Positions 25,735 through 38,781 are shown, numbered from the stretch's first letter. The stretch is DNA of 64,000 nucleotides from Octopus sinensis (GCF_006345805.1 NC_043004.1:16368001-16432000), one strand, 5' to 3'. The notes: generated by a model from the letters alone, not told the origin. Program-made: numbers and translations.

Positions 25735-26283
25735 ATTCTTTTCTACTCTAGGCACAACGCCCGTAATTTTTTGATGATGGGACCAGTCGATTAGATCGAT
25801 TCCGGTACGCAACCGGTACGCAACTTGGCCGAATTTGAACTCATAACGAAAACACAGACGAAATACCTATTTCTTTACTACCCTCAAGGGGCTAAACACA
25901 GAGGAGACAAACAAGGATAGACAAACGGATTAAGTCGATTACATCGACCCCAGTGCGTAACTGGTACTTAATTTATCGACACCGAAAGGATGAAAGATAA
26001 AGTTGACGTCGACGGAATTTGAACTCAGAACGTAACCGCGGACGAAATGCCTATTTCTTTACTACCCACAAGGGGCTAAACACAGAGGAGACAAACAAGG
26101 ATAGACAAACGGATTAAGTCGATTACATCGACCCCAGTGCGTAACTGGTACTTAATTTATCAACCCCGAAAAGATGAAAGGCAAAGTTGACCTCGGCGGA
26201 ATTTGAACTCAAAACGTAACGGCAGACGAAATACGGCTACGCATTTCGCCCGGCGTGCTAACCTTTCTGCCAGCTCACCGCCT
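25735..26283 (-). mobile_element. Oligomeric SINE S2 (one head plus tandem 184-bp body units)
   Basis: Head ends at 26283 (GGCGGTGAGCTGGCAGAAAGGTTAGCACGCCGG). The identical junction CCTATTTCTTTACTACC occurs at 25866 and 26050. Confidence 0.9.
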
Positions 26284-26764
26284 TGAATATTCTAAAATAT
26301 TATCACTGTCGGTAGATCTGAGATGTTTCACTATAATATGACGTGATGTTTCAGACAATGCAGAGATTTGTGAATTTTAAGCTATTTATGCGCGTATTTG
26401 TGTGTGCATGTCTTCGTGTTTAATAGTTTATGTGTATGTGTATGTGCGTGTGCAGTAAGCTTAATGATTAGACTAATTCGACTTCGCCTATCTGTGTTTC
26501 CATTGCATTAGTATTGTTTTGATGTAAAAGCTGGACGATATACTCATCAATTCTTTAAAAGTATTCTCATCCACAAGGCATTGTGTAGGCAGTCGTCATG
26601 TTTAATCGGTTTCCCAGAAAGTAAAGCAGCATTTAAATGCATTGAAGTCGTTCATGTCTATACTACTCTACAAGAAGCCGAATCTAATATGCAACTCATA
26701 AGAAAACTAAAATATACACTTCTTGTAAAATTTGATACAAGCCCAGCATTTTCGTGAGAGAGAA

Positions 26765-26932
26765 TAAGACGATTATACCGACTTCAGTGCTCCCTTGGTA
26801 CTTACTATATCGACCCCGAAAGGAGAAAAGGCAGTGTTTGCTTCGGCGGAATTTGAACTCAGAACACAATGACAGACGAAATGCTGCTAATTATTTTATC
26901 CGGCGTACTAATGATTTTACCGGCTTAATCGC
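26765..26932 (-). mobile_element. SINE S2, diverged
   Basis: ATCGACCCCGAAAGGA..CGGCGGAATTTGAACTCAGAAC..GACGAAAT..CCGGCGTACTAA. Confidence 0.75.
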
Positions 26933-27000
26933 CAATACTGAACACAAATCCATCAATTATATATAATAGCTGTATAACTATTATTATTATTATTATTATT

Positions 27001-27554
27001 GAGTGAGGGAGCAGTGCATGCCATCAAAATGACACTGGGGTAAAATATACGAAGCCCAGTATACCCATCATGACTACCCGTCTGATAAGGGTACACTAGG
27101 CACATACATCACAACCATATGTGCGCGACATGGTGATCTCATATCAAGATAAACAGCACATGACCTTGCAGGTGGGGCCCAGTTAGAATTTTGTTCTGGT
27201 CGAGTAGCCCATCCCGCTCAAAAGGTCCCTGAATAAGGGTTGTTTAAGGATGTTGAACGAAACACCCATGTTTCCAAAGGTGAATTATTCAAACCCCAAA
27301 GAATCCCTCTCAACACATGGCTATGATGCTCCCCCACTACTTCTGCTCGTGATCAGAGATGCACATAGCGTCAGCCACTAAGGACATGCTCAACTGGTTA
27401 GGGTCAAACAACTAACAAGCAAATCTGTGGTATTGAGCAGAATACTTGCTGTAGCCCATTTTTATACCAAGACAAAACAATGTACATGATAACACTTCCA
27501 ATCAGTTAAGATCAGAAGCCATGAGAGTCACTGCCTGGTACTGCATCAGGGCAT
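27001..27554 (-). mobile_element. ~555-bp non-coding element embedded in (TAA)n (copy A1)
   Basis: Flanked by (TTA)n on both sides, with no ORF and no obvious Pol III boxes. Further copies at 28372-28926 and 29738-30010. Orientation is inferred from the ..CACTC(AAT)n tail. Confidence 0.8.
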
Positions 27555-27705
27555 TTATTATTATTATTATTATTATTATATTATTATTATATTATTATTA
27601 TATTATTATTATTATTGTTGTTGTTGTTATCATTATTATTATTATTATATTATTTTATTATTATTATTATTATTATTATATTATTATTATATTATTATTA
27701 TTATT

Positions 27706-28359
27706 GCTTTTACACAGCTTCAAACGCTGGAGGTGTACTATAGTGTCAGCTGTTCACTACCCGTGAACTAAGGTAACACCTCTTATTTTTCGAGCACCTT
27801 CCGGAGTATTCGAGCGGTTCCAATCAGTGCTGTTTTCTGCAAGTCTCCGACATGATATTTATTGCAGCCACTATTTTTCCCATGTACTTCTCAAGATTTC
27901 TGTTCACTGTTCCCAGGGCTCCGATAATTATTAGTACCACTGCTACCTTTTTCATCGACCACAGCTGCTAACCTGTCATATCTCTCGACATTTCTTTCTT
28001 CTTTATCGCATACGTTGTTGTAAGCTGAGCGTGCAATGTCTATCATCTAGTATAGTTTGGTTTCTTTCTCAATTAACACTATGACTGGTTTCTTATTCTC
28101 TATCTCATGATCGCGCTGAATCATAAAATCCCATACGATATTTGCATTTCTGTTTTCGACAATGCCTTCAGGTTTGTGGTCGTACCAATTTTTTGCTCTA
28201 TCAAGTCCATACCTGTTGCACAGTGTCCATTGGGCAAGCCTGGCTATATTGTCGTGGCGTCATATTCCTTCTGAGCTAGTGGTGAAACATTGGCTGACAA
28301 TATTTCATACGGTTTCACCGCTTTGTCCACGAATTCTGCACTTATCATTTATCACTTGT
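27706..28359 (-). mobile_element. R4/Dong-clade LINE 3' fragment (CCHC remnant and RLE), copy D1
   Basis: DKCRIRGQSGETV*NIVSQC..RHDNIARLAQWTLCNRYGL..WYDHKPEGIVEN..WDFMIQRDHEIENKKPVIVLIEK..MIDIA; ends ..GTAAAAGC(AAT)n. Confidence 0.9.
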
Positions 28360-28371
28360 ATTATTATTATT

Positions 28372-28924
28372 GAGTGAGAGTGCAGTGCAAGCCATCAAAG
28401 TGACCCTGGGGTAAAATATACGAAGTCCAGTATACTCATCATGACTACCCGTCTGATAAGTGTACACTAGGCACATGCATCACAACCATATGTGAGCGAC
28501 GTGATGATCTCATATCAAGATAAACAGCACATGACCTTGCAGGTGGGGCCCAGTTAGAATTTTGTTCTGGTCGAGTAGCCCATCCCGCTCAAAAGGTCCC
28601 TGAATAAGGGTTGTTTAAGGATGTTGAACGAAACACCCATGTTTCCAAAGGTGAATTATTCAAACCCCAAAGAATCCCTCTCAACACATGGCTATGATGC
28701 TCCCCCACTACTTCTGCTCGTGATCAGAGATGCACATAGCGTCAGCCACTAAGGGACATGCTCAACTGGTTAGGGTCAAACAACTAACAAGCAAATCTGT
28801 GGTATTGAGCAGAATACTTGCTGTAGCCCATTTTTATACCAAGACAAAACAATGTACATGATAACACTTCCAATCAGTTAAGATCAGAAGCCATGAGAGT
28901 CACTGCCTGGTACTGCATCAGGGC

Positions 28925-28926
<2 letters not shown>
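28372..28926 (-). mobile_element. (TAA)n-embedded element, chimeric copy A2
   Basis: The left 133 bp match A3 and the remainder matches A1. Confidence 0.85.
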
Positions 28927-28985
<59 letters not shown>

Positions 28986-28998
28986 GTTGTTGTTGTTA

Positions 28999-29073
<75 letters not shown>

Positions 29074-29725
29074 GCTTTTACACAGCTTCAAACGCTGGAG
29101 GTGTACTATAGTGTCAGCTGTTCACTACCGTGAACTAAGGTAACACCTCTTATTTTTCGAGCACCTTCCGGAGTATTCGAGCGGTTCCAATCAGTGCTGT
29201 TTTCTGCAAGTCTCCGACATGATATTTATTGCAGCCACTATTTTTCCCATGTACTTCTCAAGATTTCTGTTCACTGTTCCCAGGGCTCCGATAATTATTA
29301 GTACCACTGCTACCTTTTTCATCGACCACAGCTGCTAACCTGTCATATCTCTCGACATTTCTTTCTTCTTTATCGCATACGTTGTTGTAAGCTGAGCGTG
29401 CAATGTCTATCATCTAGTATAGTTTGGTTTCTTTCTCAATTAACACTATGACTGGTTTCTTATTCTCTATCTCATGATCGCGCTGAATCATAAAATCCCA
29501 TACGATATTTGCATTTCTGTTTTCGACAATGCCTTCAGGTTTGTGGTCGTACCAATTTTTTGCTCTATCAAGTCCATACCTGTTGCACAGTGTCCATTGG
29601 GCAAGCCTGGCTATATTGTCGTGGCGTCATATTCCTTCTGAGCTAGTGGTGTACATTGGCTGACAATATTTCATACGGTTTCACCGCTTTGTCCACGAAT
29701 TCTGCACTTATCATTTATCACTTGT
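29074..29725 (-). mobile_element. R4/Dong 3' fragment, duplicate copy D2
   Basis: Nearly identical to 27706-28359, differing by a few small indels or substitutions. Confidence 0.9.
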
Positions 29726-29737
29726 ATTATTATTATT

Positions 29738-30010
29738 GAGTGAGAGTGCAGTGCAAGCCATCAAAGTGACCCTGGGGTAAAATATACGAAGTCCAGTATA
29801 CTCATCATGACTACCCGTCTGATAAGTGTACACTAGGCACATGCATCACAACCATATGTGAGCGACGTGATGATCTCATATCAAGATAAACTGCACATGA
29901 CCTTGCAGGTGGGGCCCAGTTAGAATTTTCTTCTGGTCAAGTAACCCATCCTGCTCAAAAGGTCCCTGAATAAAGGTTGGTTAAGGATGTTGAACGAAAC
30001 ACCCATGTTT
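29738..30010 (-). mobile_element. (TAA)n-embedded element, truncated copy A3
   Basis: Homologous to the first ~273 bp of A1/A2, then breaks off before an (AGT)n/(CAG)n tract. Confidence 0.85.
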
Positions 30011-30019
30011 ATCCATTTG

Positions 30020-30020
30020 C

Positions 30021-30074
<54 letters not shown>

Positions 30075-30106
30075 TTCAGCAGCAGCAGCAGCAGCAGCAG
30101 CTGCAG
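30020..30106. repeat. Compound (AGT)n-(CAG)n microsatellite
   Basis: Direct reading. Confidence 0.95.
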
Positions 30107-30747
30107 TGTTTCTGCTTTTGCTGACAAACATGCATGAATATTATCCATAAAAATGTTATCGCTTGTTTGTTTTTAGTTTCGCATGTACATCAGCCTTGAC
30201 CTATATGGACCAAACTGGAATTAATCGCCAACACTGAACACAAATCCAATAATTAATGTTCCATTCTGTTTTCACATTAAAATGTATTTTTCTTTCATTT
30301 ATTTTCAAACTAATTTACTTCCAGCTGAATTCCTACCAAAATTCTCATTGTAATATTGCATTTTTCCTTGGCAGAATAAATTAATTTTATCGCAAAATTC
30401 CAGTCGTTTTTAAGGCAGATGTAGCTCCATCAGCTGGGAATCGTATGAATATGAAGGCTATCACGATTCTTAATGTTATACAGCCGTAAAGCGCACCACT
30501 TTGATAAATCAAGTAATTTTATTTTAATTTAGTTAATAGTTTTCTCCAATTTCATTTCGTCTTTCTCGTTCTGAGTCCACAGTCTGTCTATCTGTATATC
30601 TATCTATGTATCTGGCTGGCTGGTTGGTCGCCTGTCTAAATGTCTATCTTTCTATCTACTCATCTATTTCTTTAATATCTTTCTTCCTTTCATTCTTTCT
30701 TTTATGCTATCATTCTTATCATTAATATTTCCTCTCTTTAAAAATAG

Positions 30748-30833
30748 AGAAATGTTCGGAAATGGACAGAGGAACAGAATATTCTTATCGAAACAAAGTG
30801 TTCGGTATCATTATACATATGATAGCTGAGTTG
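30748..30833 (+). other. Candidate exon (86 bp)
   Basis: Acceptor ttcctctctttaaaaatag|, donor TTG|gtaagt. Open frame KCSEMDRGTEYSYRNKVFGIIIHMIAEL. No homology recognised. Confidence 0.2.
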
Positions 30834-31406
30834 GTAAGTTTCGGGATAATATGAACCAAGTATTTTGAGATCACAACAGACTGCTTATCATAACAGGGCT
30901 TACAGGAGTTATCTTAATCATACATACACAATCATCACACACACACACACGAGCACTTCATACATACTCTTAGGAACGCATTTACATATGTGCATATCTA
31001 TAAGTACTAAGTTAGTTTGAAATGAGTGTGATATGCATAATAAAGTGGACAAACCCTGTCTACACAGAGCAGGCCTCACCTGAAATCGAAGCAGAGGGAG
31101 ATGACGCCAACTGCTATGTTTTAATGACAAACATTTTTCTCAAATCTCAAGAACTGTAAATGTCTTAGCAAGTACCAAAACTTAAATATCATCTCACTGA
31201 AGCTACTGAGTATTGAGTTGTCGATTTCTATTTGAGACATATTCTCTTCTAAGAAAGTTCCAAATAGCTTTGACAAATTTAGGATGGCACAATAATATGT
31301 TTTTTTTGTTATTTTTTATGTAAGGTGTTTTAAGTAGTGAAATGAATATATAATCTTATTATGCTGTGCATCTGGAATAAAGTAATGTACGTATATATAT
31401 ATATAT

Positions 31407-32112
31407 ATAAATGAGGATGAAAAATTTGATATTAATTTAATAATACCATCAATTTAACACCAAGTGGCTTAGCACATAAAAACCAGGGATACAATACAAA
31501 TTTATACATAAATATGAGAGAGCGACCACTATGTGGTCTACTCTAGTGCTAAAAATAGATCCACTATGGAATAGCCACTAAAAAAATTGTTTCCAAGTAG
31601 ACATAACATAACATTTAACGTGGGGCAAGTGAAAAATAACACAAAAATAGATTAACCCTGAACAATTGTTTCATTATTAATGTAAATACAATTTTACTTA
31701 CACAACATCCATAAATCATTAGCAGGAGTTTGTCTTAAATACAATTTATTAAATCGATCGTTATATTTCGACGCAGCACCAAAATACACGTGCGGTTCGA
31801 TCAATTGCATTAGTAGCTATCATTCAAATTCCCCCGCCAAAAGCATGATAACACTACTGGAAACGAATACCGCATAAAATATTTACTGCAGTATAATTAG
31901 ATTTATAAATGCGGGTGAAAAATTTGATATTAATTTAATAATACCATCAATTTAACATCAAGTGGCTTAGCACATAAAAACCAGGGATACAATACAAATT
32001 TATACATAAATATGAGAGTGACCACTATGTGATCTACTCTAGTGGATCCATAGTGGATCTATTTTTAGCACTAGAGTAGACCACATAGTGGTCGCTCTCT
32101 CATATTTATGTA
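31407..32112 (-). mobile_element. 498-bp non-coding unit with terminal redundancy and an inverted end segment (PLE/retrozyme-like architecture)
   Basis: 31407-31546 recurs at 31905-32044. 32045-32112 is the reverse complement of ~31505-31570. Flanked by (TA)n. Confidence 0.75.
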
Positions 32113-32113
32113 C

Positions 32114-32145
<32 letters not shown>

Positions 32146-32358
32146 TATATATGTATATATATATAAACGTCGTGATGTGAAGAGGAACACACACAGTCAA
32201 TCTAACGGGTATATACGCACTCAAATGCACATGTAAACATACATTCCTGTGTGACTGTGGCTGCATGTATGTGTATGAGTGTGCGTGTGTATACGTGTAT
32301 GATTATTCTGTATGTATGTATATGTATATGTATACACACGTATGTGTGTGTGTGTCTT

Positions 32359-32413
<55 letters not shown>

Positions 32414-32460
32414 ATATGTATATATATATGTATATGTATCTCGCTCTCTCTCTCTCTCTC

Positions 32461-32510
<50 letters not shown>

Positions 32511-32695
32511 GTATATATTTATATATATGTGCGTGTGTGTGGTGGTGTGTGAGTGTGTGTGTGTGTGTAAAAGTGTGAAAAGGATACCACGAGTTGTTTT
32601 GTATAAGTAAAAAAAGAAAAAAATGCTAAAATAGTTTTACCATGAAGAACATTTACTCGTTTCAGCCTTGCGACCCTAGTCATGCTGGAGCATCA

Positions 32696-32741
<46 letters not shown>

Positions 32742-32749
32742 TTTTTTAA

Positions 32750-32950
32750 AAGACGGGGAATAAAAGGGACAGCAAGAAAACAAGAACAATGCGAAGACAT
32801 GGTACATACAAAGTATTAATAAGATTCTCAGAGAAGAGTGGTTGTTTTACGTTTCAAGCTCTCCTTCAGAAACAAGAAACAGAAGAAAGTCAAAGAGAAA
32901 AGGAAGACGGAGGAAAAATATTGTCAACAGTCCACATGTGGTTACATTTT
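32750..32950 (-). mobile_element. pLTR fragment with collapsed minimal hammerhead (32844-32873)
   Basis: Minus strand GTTT-CTGAAGG-A-GAGCTT-GAAA-CGT-A-AAAC. Same family as 4038-4226. Confidence 0.55.
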
Positions 32951-33566
32951 GTAATGTATATATATAATAACTTTGAAAATGGAGAGATTTAAGTGATATG
33001 AATCAATTTATTAATTATTTAACATTGCCTAAAATTGTTTCCCTTTGCATCCAATTTATATCACAAAACATAAATAATAATAATATAAGTTTGCATTTTC
33101 CGTCTGGGTGGAAGCTTTCATCTGCTTAGACTCTTGGAATATTTCAACGGATCAAAATGTAAACCCTACAATGTCCATTATGCCCTGAAGTTCTTCCGCC
33201 CAGACTACTAAAAAAGAAAACATATATTAGTATATATAAGTTAAATTGGATGCGAAATGAAACAATTGTAGGCAATGTTAAATAACTAATAAATTGAGTC
33301 TCTTTATTTTCAAACATATTAACAATATTTGATATTTATAATATATTTATTGCAGAAATATCTCTTCAACATATAATATATCAACTAGAATATATTGGAT
33401 AAAAAATATCCCTAGAAGAGGTTTAAATGTCCTCATAATGAATAACAAGTATATATATGTGTATATATATATATGTGTGTGTGTGTATATATATATATAT
33501 ATGTGTGTGTATATATATATATATATGCATATATATATATATATTATATATATATATATGTATGTG

Positions 33567-33630
<64 letters not shown>

Positions 33631-33643
33631 GTATATATATATG

Positions 33644-33719
<76 letters not shown>

Positions 33720-36700
33720 ATATGTAATTTAGGGTATCTCTTACATACCCTAAACTATAATTTTAGATAAGTATTACCTTTAAAATGTTTTCATTCTCAT
33801 GCTGGCCACCTGATATGATCGGTATTTAAATATCGATCTTATCCTTATTTATATAAATTTATACAAATATATATATATATATATATATGGGGGGGGGTGT
33901 ATACGCTTAAAGTAAAGTGAAATGTCAACATATTTTTGTGTCGTATGGTGTTAGAATAGAAGTGTTCACAAGAAAATAGATACGCAGAAAGTGCAACTGA
34001 GAAGGGAACAAATCGTAAGTATACGTTAAAAAAAAAAAACATTGACACTCGTAAGCAGTATTATATGTATTTTCAATCATTCGCAATTAAACTTATTTTA
34101 CCTTCCTGCATGCAAACGTTAATCTATTTCTATATTGGACAAATGAAACGTGATAATGACTTTCATGTCCTACTCATAGACATATGTCTGCAATATATTG
34201 TGAATGGGCACATTGCAGCTGATGGTTCTACGATAAGAAAGAAAAAGTGGCACGAATAATGGTGCTATAAATGGTACTGCATAGTTGTGCTTTCAAAATT
34301 CAAAGTGTTTATAAATATAGAGAACTGAAAACTCAGCGTAAAAGTTGTTGTCCACAACGAAAATGTCCGCCAAAAATCTTCGACTAAACCTTCGTGAAAT
34401 GAAGGAATATATACAGTCACATACACGTGTATACAGACACACATATGCACACGTAAACATAGGTGCCTGTGTGAGTGGGGGTGCGTGCGCGCGCGTCTGT
34501 ATTTGTTTATGTGCATGTGTGTGCGTATGTGTGTATACCCGTGTGATTATTCTGAAATCATTATGAAAATATTATTCACAGAGACTAGTATAAATTAATA
34601 AGAACGATTAATAAAGAGATTACACAATTCTAAAAGTATATAGCGACTAAATGTTTAATAGCTAAGACTATTTTATTCATGATCCATTTCTATAGTAAGC
34701 ATATATATTTCAGAAAGATATTAAGCCATTAAATAAGGAAAGACTACAATATCGAGATATATAGAAGATGATTTTGAAGTAAACCTATCTCTATATTGTA
34801 TGCATTCTATTGTATTCTTTGACAAAATACGATCCTGGTTTGAAAACGCATTTTCACTCGTGTCGTTTTCACTAATTCATTAATATCTCCCTTCATTATA
34901 AGAAAATTCACGTAGGCACTGAAAATCGTGAGTATAGACAAGTAAACTCACATGCATACAGATACAAACAGACACGCGCTTACATAGATATGGATTATAT
35001 TTATGAAGCATTGAGAAATTTGGAAATAACTCTTCATAAGAAGTGGCTGAAATACTCTAGGCATTGGTTGAACACCTTCGAAAAACAGATAACAATTTTA
35101 GCAAAAATTAAGTTATATTGGATTAGATGAGTTTGTGTTAGACACCGTAAAACCATTTAACGAAGCTCCTGAGTGAGATTTTTAAACAGCATTAAGATTA
35201 GCATCAAATTTGGTGGGGTGCGGATCATGAATATGCAGTTTATAAGTCGAGTCCACATTGAAGGGTTTTTCTACGTTGTATACTGATTTAGAGACTATTT
35301 AACTTTATACATTTAGTATACGAAGGCAAATCCAAGTGTATATTATACAGTGAAGGGGGATAAATTCTTGATATGAGGTATATTGGTTTTACTAGCATTT
35401 AAAGATAAATTAAAAGTCAATTATGTTTGTGTTAGATAATACTTACGTTTCATTTGTGGCTAAACTGCCGAGACATATTAGACACATCTCAGTGGGAAGT
35501 CAGTGTAGATCTTCGATAGTTTGGTTATTCGTAGCATTTTTTGTTTATGTGTATGTACATAGAGATTGCTGAGTGTAGGGAAATTTTCATCTGTGTTCAT
35601 ACATTAATATGCATGTAAGGATTCTCTTGTGCGCGCATATCTTAATAGCATTCACCATGAATGCATCTTGTAATGACGCTAATGTCTTATTAATAGTTAT
35701 GTATATAGTTTTATGTTTTCCCCCATCTGTTCCTACTCGCTATGAATATCCGCATTTGACAAACAAAATCTACAATTCCCGAATTTGGTAAACAAATATA
35801 TTATAGACCACTGGTATCTGCCATTGATTGCATAAATAAATAAATTTCGAAATAGTGGCGACAAATGTGATTCCGAAATATATACGTTATATAACACGAC
35901 TTTATAATAATGTTTTATTATAAAAAAAACACACAATCAAAATCAACTTGAAAATAAGGGTATATTTTTCTCGGAATATAATTGCTGATGTTGATTCGAT
36001 CAATTGAACATATCTGTTTTTTGTTTTTTTTACTGCAGGATTTCTACTAGTGACAAAACAGCGAAAGCAATACTTTTCGAGTAGTTATTATTCGTACATT
36101 CCTTGTAATTTCATTGTTTGTTTTAATATTTCTATCATTCAGATGTAACCTGCATGGTTGATAATTCATAACCTTTGAGATGGTACGCCAGGTGACAGCT
36201 GAATATAAAATATGTAGTTAGAGATTTAATAGAGGAAATAGCAAGCTACTACTTGATGGGATTTCGATTTCCAGCGAGTGAAAATAAAAATAACTCTGAT
36301 CTTATACTTAAATAAAAGAATTACATTCGACGCCGGTGAGCAGGTGTTGTGTCATCTTAATAAGAGTTTTTGATTTGGAAACATTATTGCATTCAGCAAT
36401 GCATATGTTTGTCCATTGGATTCCTTGATAAATAAACTTGTGTTAAAGCAACCCGGTTTCAGTAATGCATAATTGATAAGGGAAACAGATCAGCGTATAA
36501 AATAGAGAAGAAAAAAAACGAGAAACGTAAAATGATAAAAGAGAGACAATATGAAGATTAGGATGTCCATTTACGTGATAGGAAAATACATGTGTGACGG
36601 TATATTTGTATGTGAACTGCTTTCTTTTGCTTCCATCTTTTTTACTCTCCATTCGTTTCCCTCCGTCTTTTATCTTCCCTTTCCTGCTTTTATTTACTTT

Positions 36701-36784
36701 ACCATATTTTTTGTACACCAGAAAATCCTATGACTAGAAAACTATCTATCTATCTATCTATCTATACATACATACATACATACA

Positions 36785-36870
<86 letters not shown>

Positions 36871-36896
36871 ATATATATTATATATATATATATATA

Positions 36897-37085
36897 GTGA
36901 ATCCAAACAAGAAAATCAATAGCGCGAGGACGTGGTACAATTACTCTATTATCAGACGCTCAGGAAAGGAGGGAAAGAGGATTTAACCCTTCAAGCCAAG
37001 CTCTTCTTCAGAAATAGAGGAAAGTCCAAAGGAAAGGAGGAAGGAGAAAGAAAATTGCCAACGACACACACGCGGTTACATTTTA
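36897..37085 (-). mobile_element. pLTR fragment with degenerate minimal hammerhead (36981-37015)
   Basis: Minus strand ATTT-CTGAAGA-A-GAGC-TTG-GCTT-GAAG-GGT-T-AAAT. The flanks resemble 4060-4220. Confidence 0.55.
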
Positions 37086-37631
37086 TGTGTGTGTATGTAT
37101 ATATATAGACACACAAACCGTGGATTATGTTGTCCGCTGTGGCCTCTCTATACGTAATAAGATGTTATGAAAACTGAAGCACTCCAGAACTGCAGCCTTT
37201 TTGAAAGAGGAAACTCTCCCAATGATAATTTATAAACATGTGTCACAAATTATGAAGGTATTTAAAACGTTGAATGAAAATAAGTCTGAGAAAGAGATAA
37301 AAGCAGAAAATACTGAACGTATAAGTTGCAATCAGGGCGATAATAGAAGTGAAACTGATGAAGGAGAAAGGAAAATATTTTGAGGTTACAAAATCACAAA
37401 TGTATTTGAGAATGTTTCTGATCATCCCACTCATACTCCGATTCAGATTTACACCTGCTCTTCCTCCTGTTACTTCTAAAGTACAACCTTTGGTATTTTT
37501 ACAACAGCTGCTTCATTTCTAATTTATTCATTGGTCGTGAGATAAGTATTCAAGGAAATACGGTGTGTTGAATGCAAAACAGTGTGCTAAATTCGATTGT
37601 CGTTGACAAATGTCGAACATATGTTGGACAA

Positions 37632-37765
37632 CAGGCGCAGGCGTGGCTGCATGGGAAGAAGCTTGCTTCCCAAGCGCATGAGCAAGTGTTTTCTACTGTA
37701 GCATTGGGCCGATCAAGGCCTTGTAAGTGGAGTGAAAGACGGGAACTGAAAGAAGCTCTTCGCGT
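37632..37765 (+). mobile_element. Degenerate SINE S1 5' half
   Basis: CAGGCGCAGGCGTGGCTG..GAGCAAGTGTTTTCTACTGTAGC..GGAACTGAAAGAAGC. Confidence 0.65.
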
Positions 37766-37771
37766 ATATAT

Positions 37772-37808
<37 letters not shown>

Positions 37809-37829
37809 GAAGTGTTTTAGAATCCTGTG

Positions 37830-38282
37830 TATTTATCATCAGCCGTTGGTTGATTCTCTTAATGGGTCATTTTATTGTATTTACTAAAGTTCGGTTATGA
37901 TCGAAGGTAAAATCTCATTGGTCTAGAGTTAGGTGACTTCAGCAACTGGCGTTTGTATAGAGTTATTTAAGGTGATTTGGAGTTGCGATTTCGAAACCCG
38001 CGTGGAAGACTGTTACTAAAGCTTCATGTTAATTATGTCTGTTATATATGGTTGTTGTTTTGTGGAGAATTTGGGTCTTTCTCTTTTTTCTCTTTAGTGC
38101 TTATTCTTCTTTCTAAAGGATATTCAGCTGTGCTTTATAGTATTTAATTAGAATGCTTTCCATATTCAAACGGAATTGGGTTGAGGAGTTTCTGGTGCAT
38201 TGATAGGGAGGTAAGATTTGGTATTTCGGGTTTATATTTGCACGGCATTGGTCTAGGTGTTTGCTTATGGAAATTTTCCTAT
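37830..38282 (-). mobile_element. Penelope-like element 3' fragment (GIY-YIG C-terminus plus pLTR)
   Basis: RKISISKHLDQCRANINPKYQILPPYQCTRNSSTQFRLNMESILIKYYKAQLN is homologous to the endonuclease end at 50590-50750 (LKVSEHIERCARNLNPNFQIFPFYQC..RLNKESFFINKCLPQLN). CTGATGA at ~37835-37841 on the minus strand. Confidence 0.8.
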
Positions 38283-38384
38283 ATATAAAGAGAGGATAAG
38301 AAAACAGACGAGAGAGATACATATATGTTATCTACGTGTTCATACATGCACACAGACATATGTATACAGTTTATTTTTTATCGT

Positions 38385-38612
38385 TTATCTGTTACTTGTT
38401 TCAGTCATTAGACTGCGACCATGCTGGGGCACCACCATGAAGAATTTTAAGTGAACAAATTTACCCCAATTTAGGCAAACTTATTGCCTTTTTAATGCCT
38501 GGCACACATCTTATCGGTCTGTCATCCCGAACCACTAAGGTACAGGGATGTTAACAAACCAACACAGCTGGTCAAGTGGTGGTCAGAGACAAACACAGAC
38601 AACAAAATACAT
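38385..38612 (-). mobile_element. SINE S1 3' part, diverged
   Basis: TACTTGTTTCAGTCATTAGACTGCGACCATGCTGGGGCACC..GACAAACACAGAC. Confidence 0.75.
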
Positions 38613-38672
38613 ACACGTATTCGTGTATATATATATTATATTATATATATATTATATATATATTATATATAT

Positions 38673-38781
<109 letters not shown>

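Noticed and set aside
27001-30010. CRISPR-like or satellite interpretation of the repeated blocks
   Set aside because: The repeats are long retroelement copies in eukaryotic DNA, with no repeat-spacer structure or cas genes.
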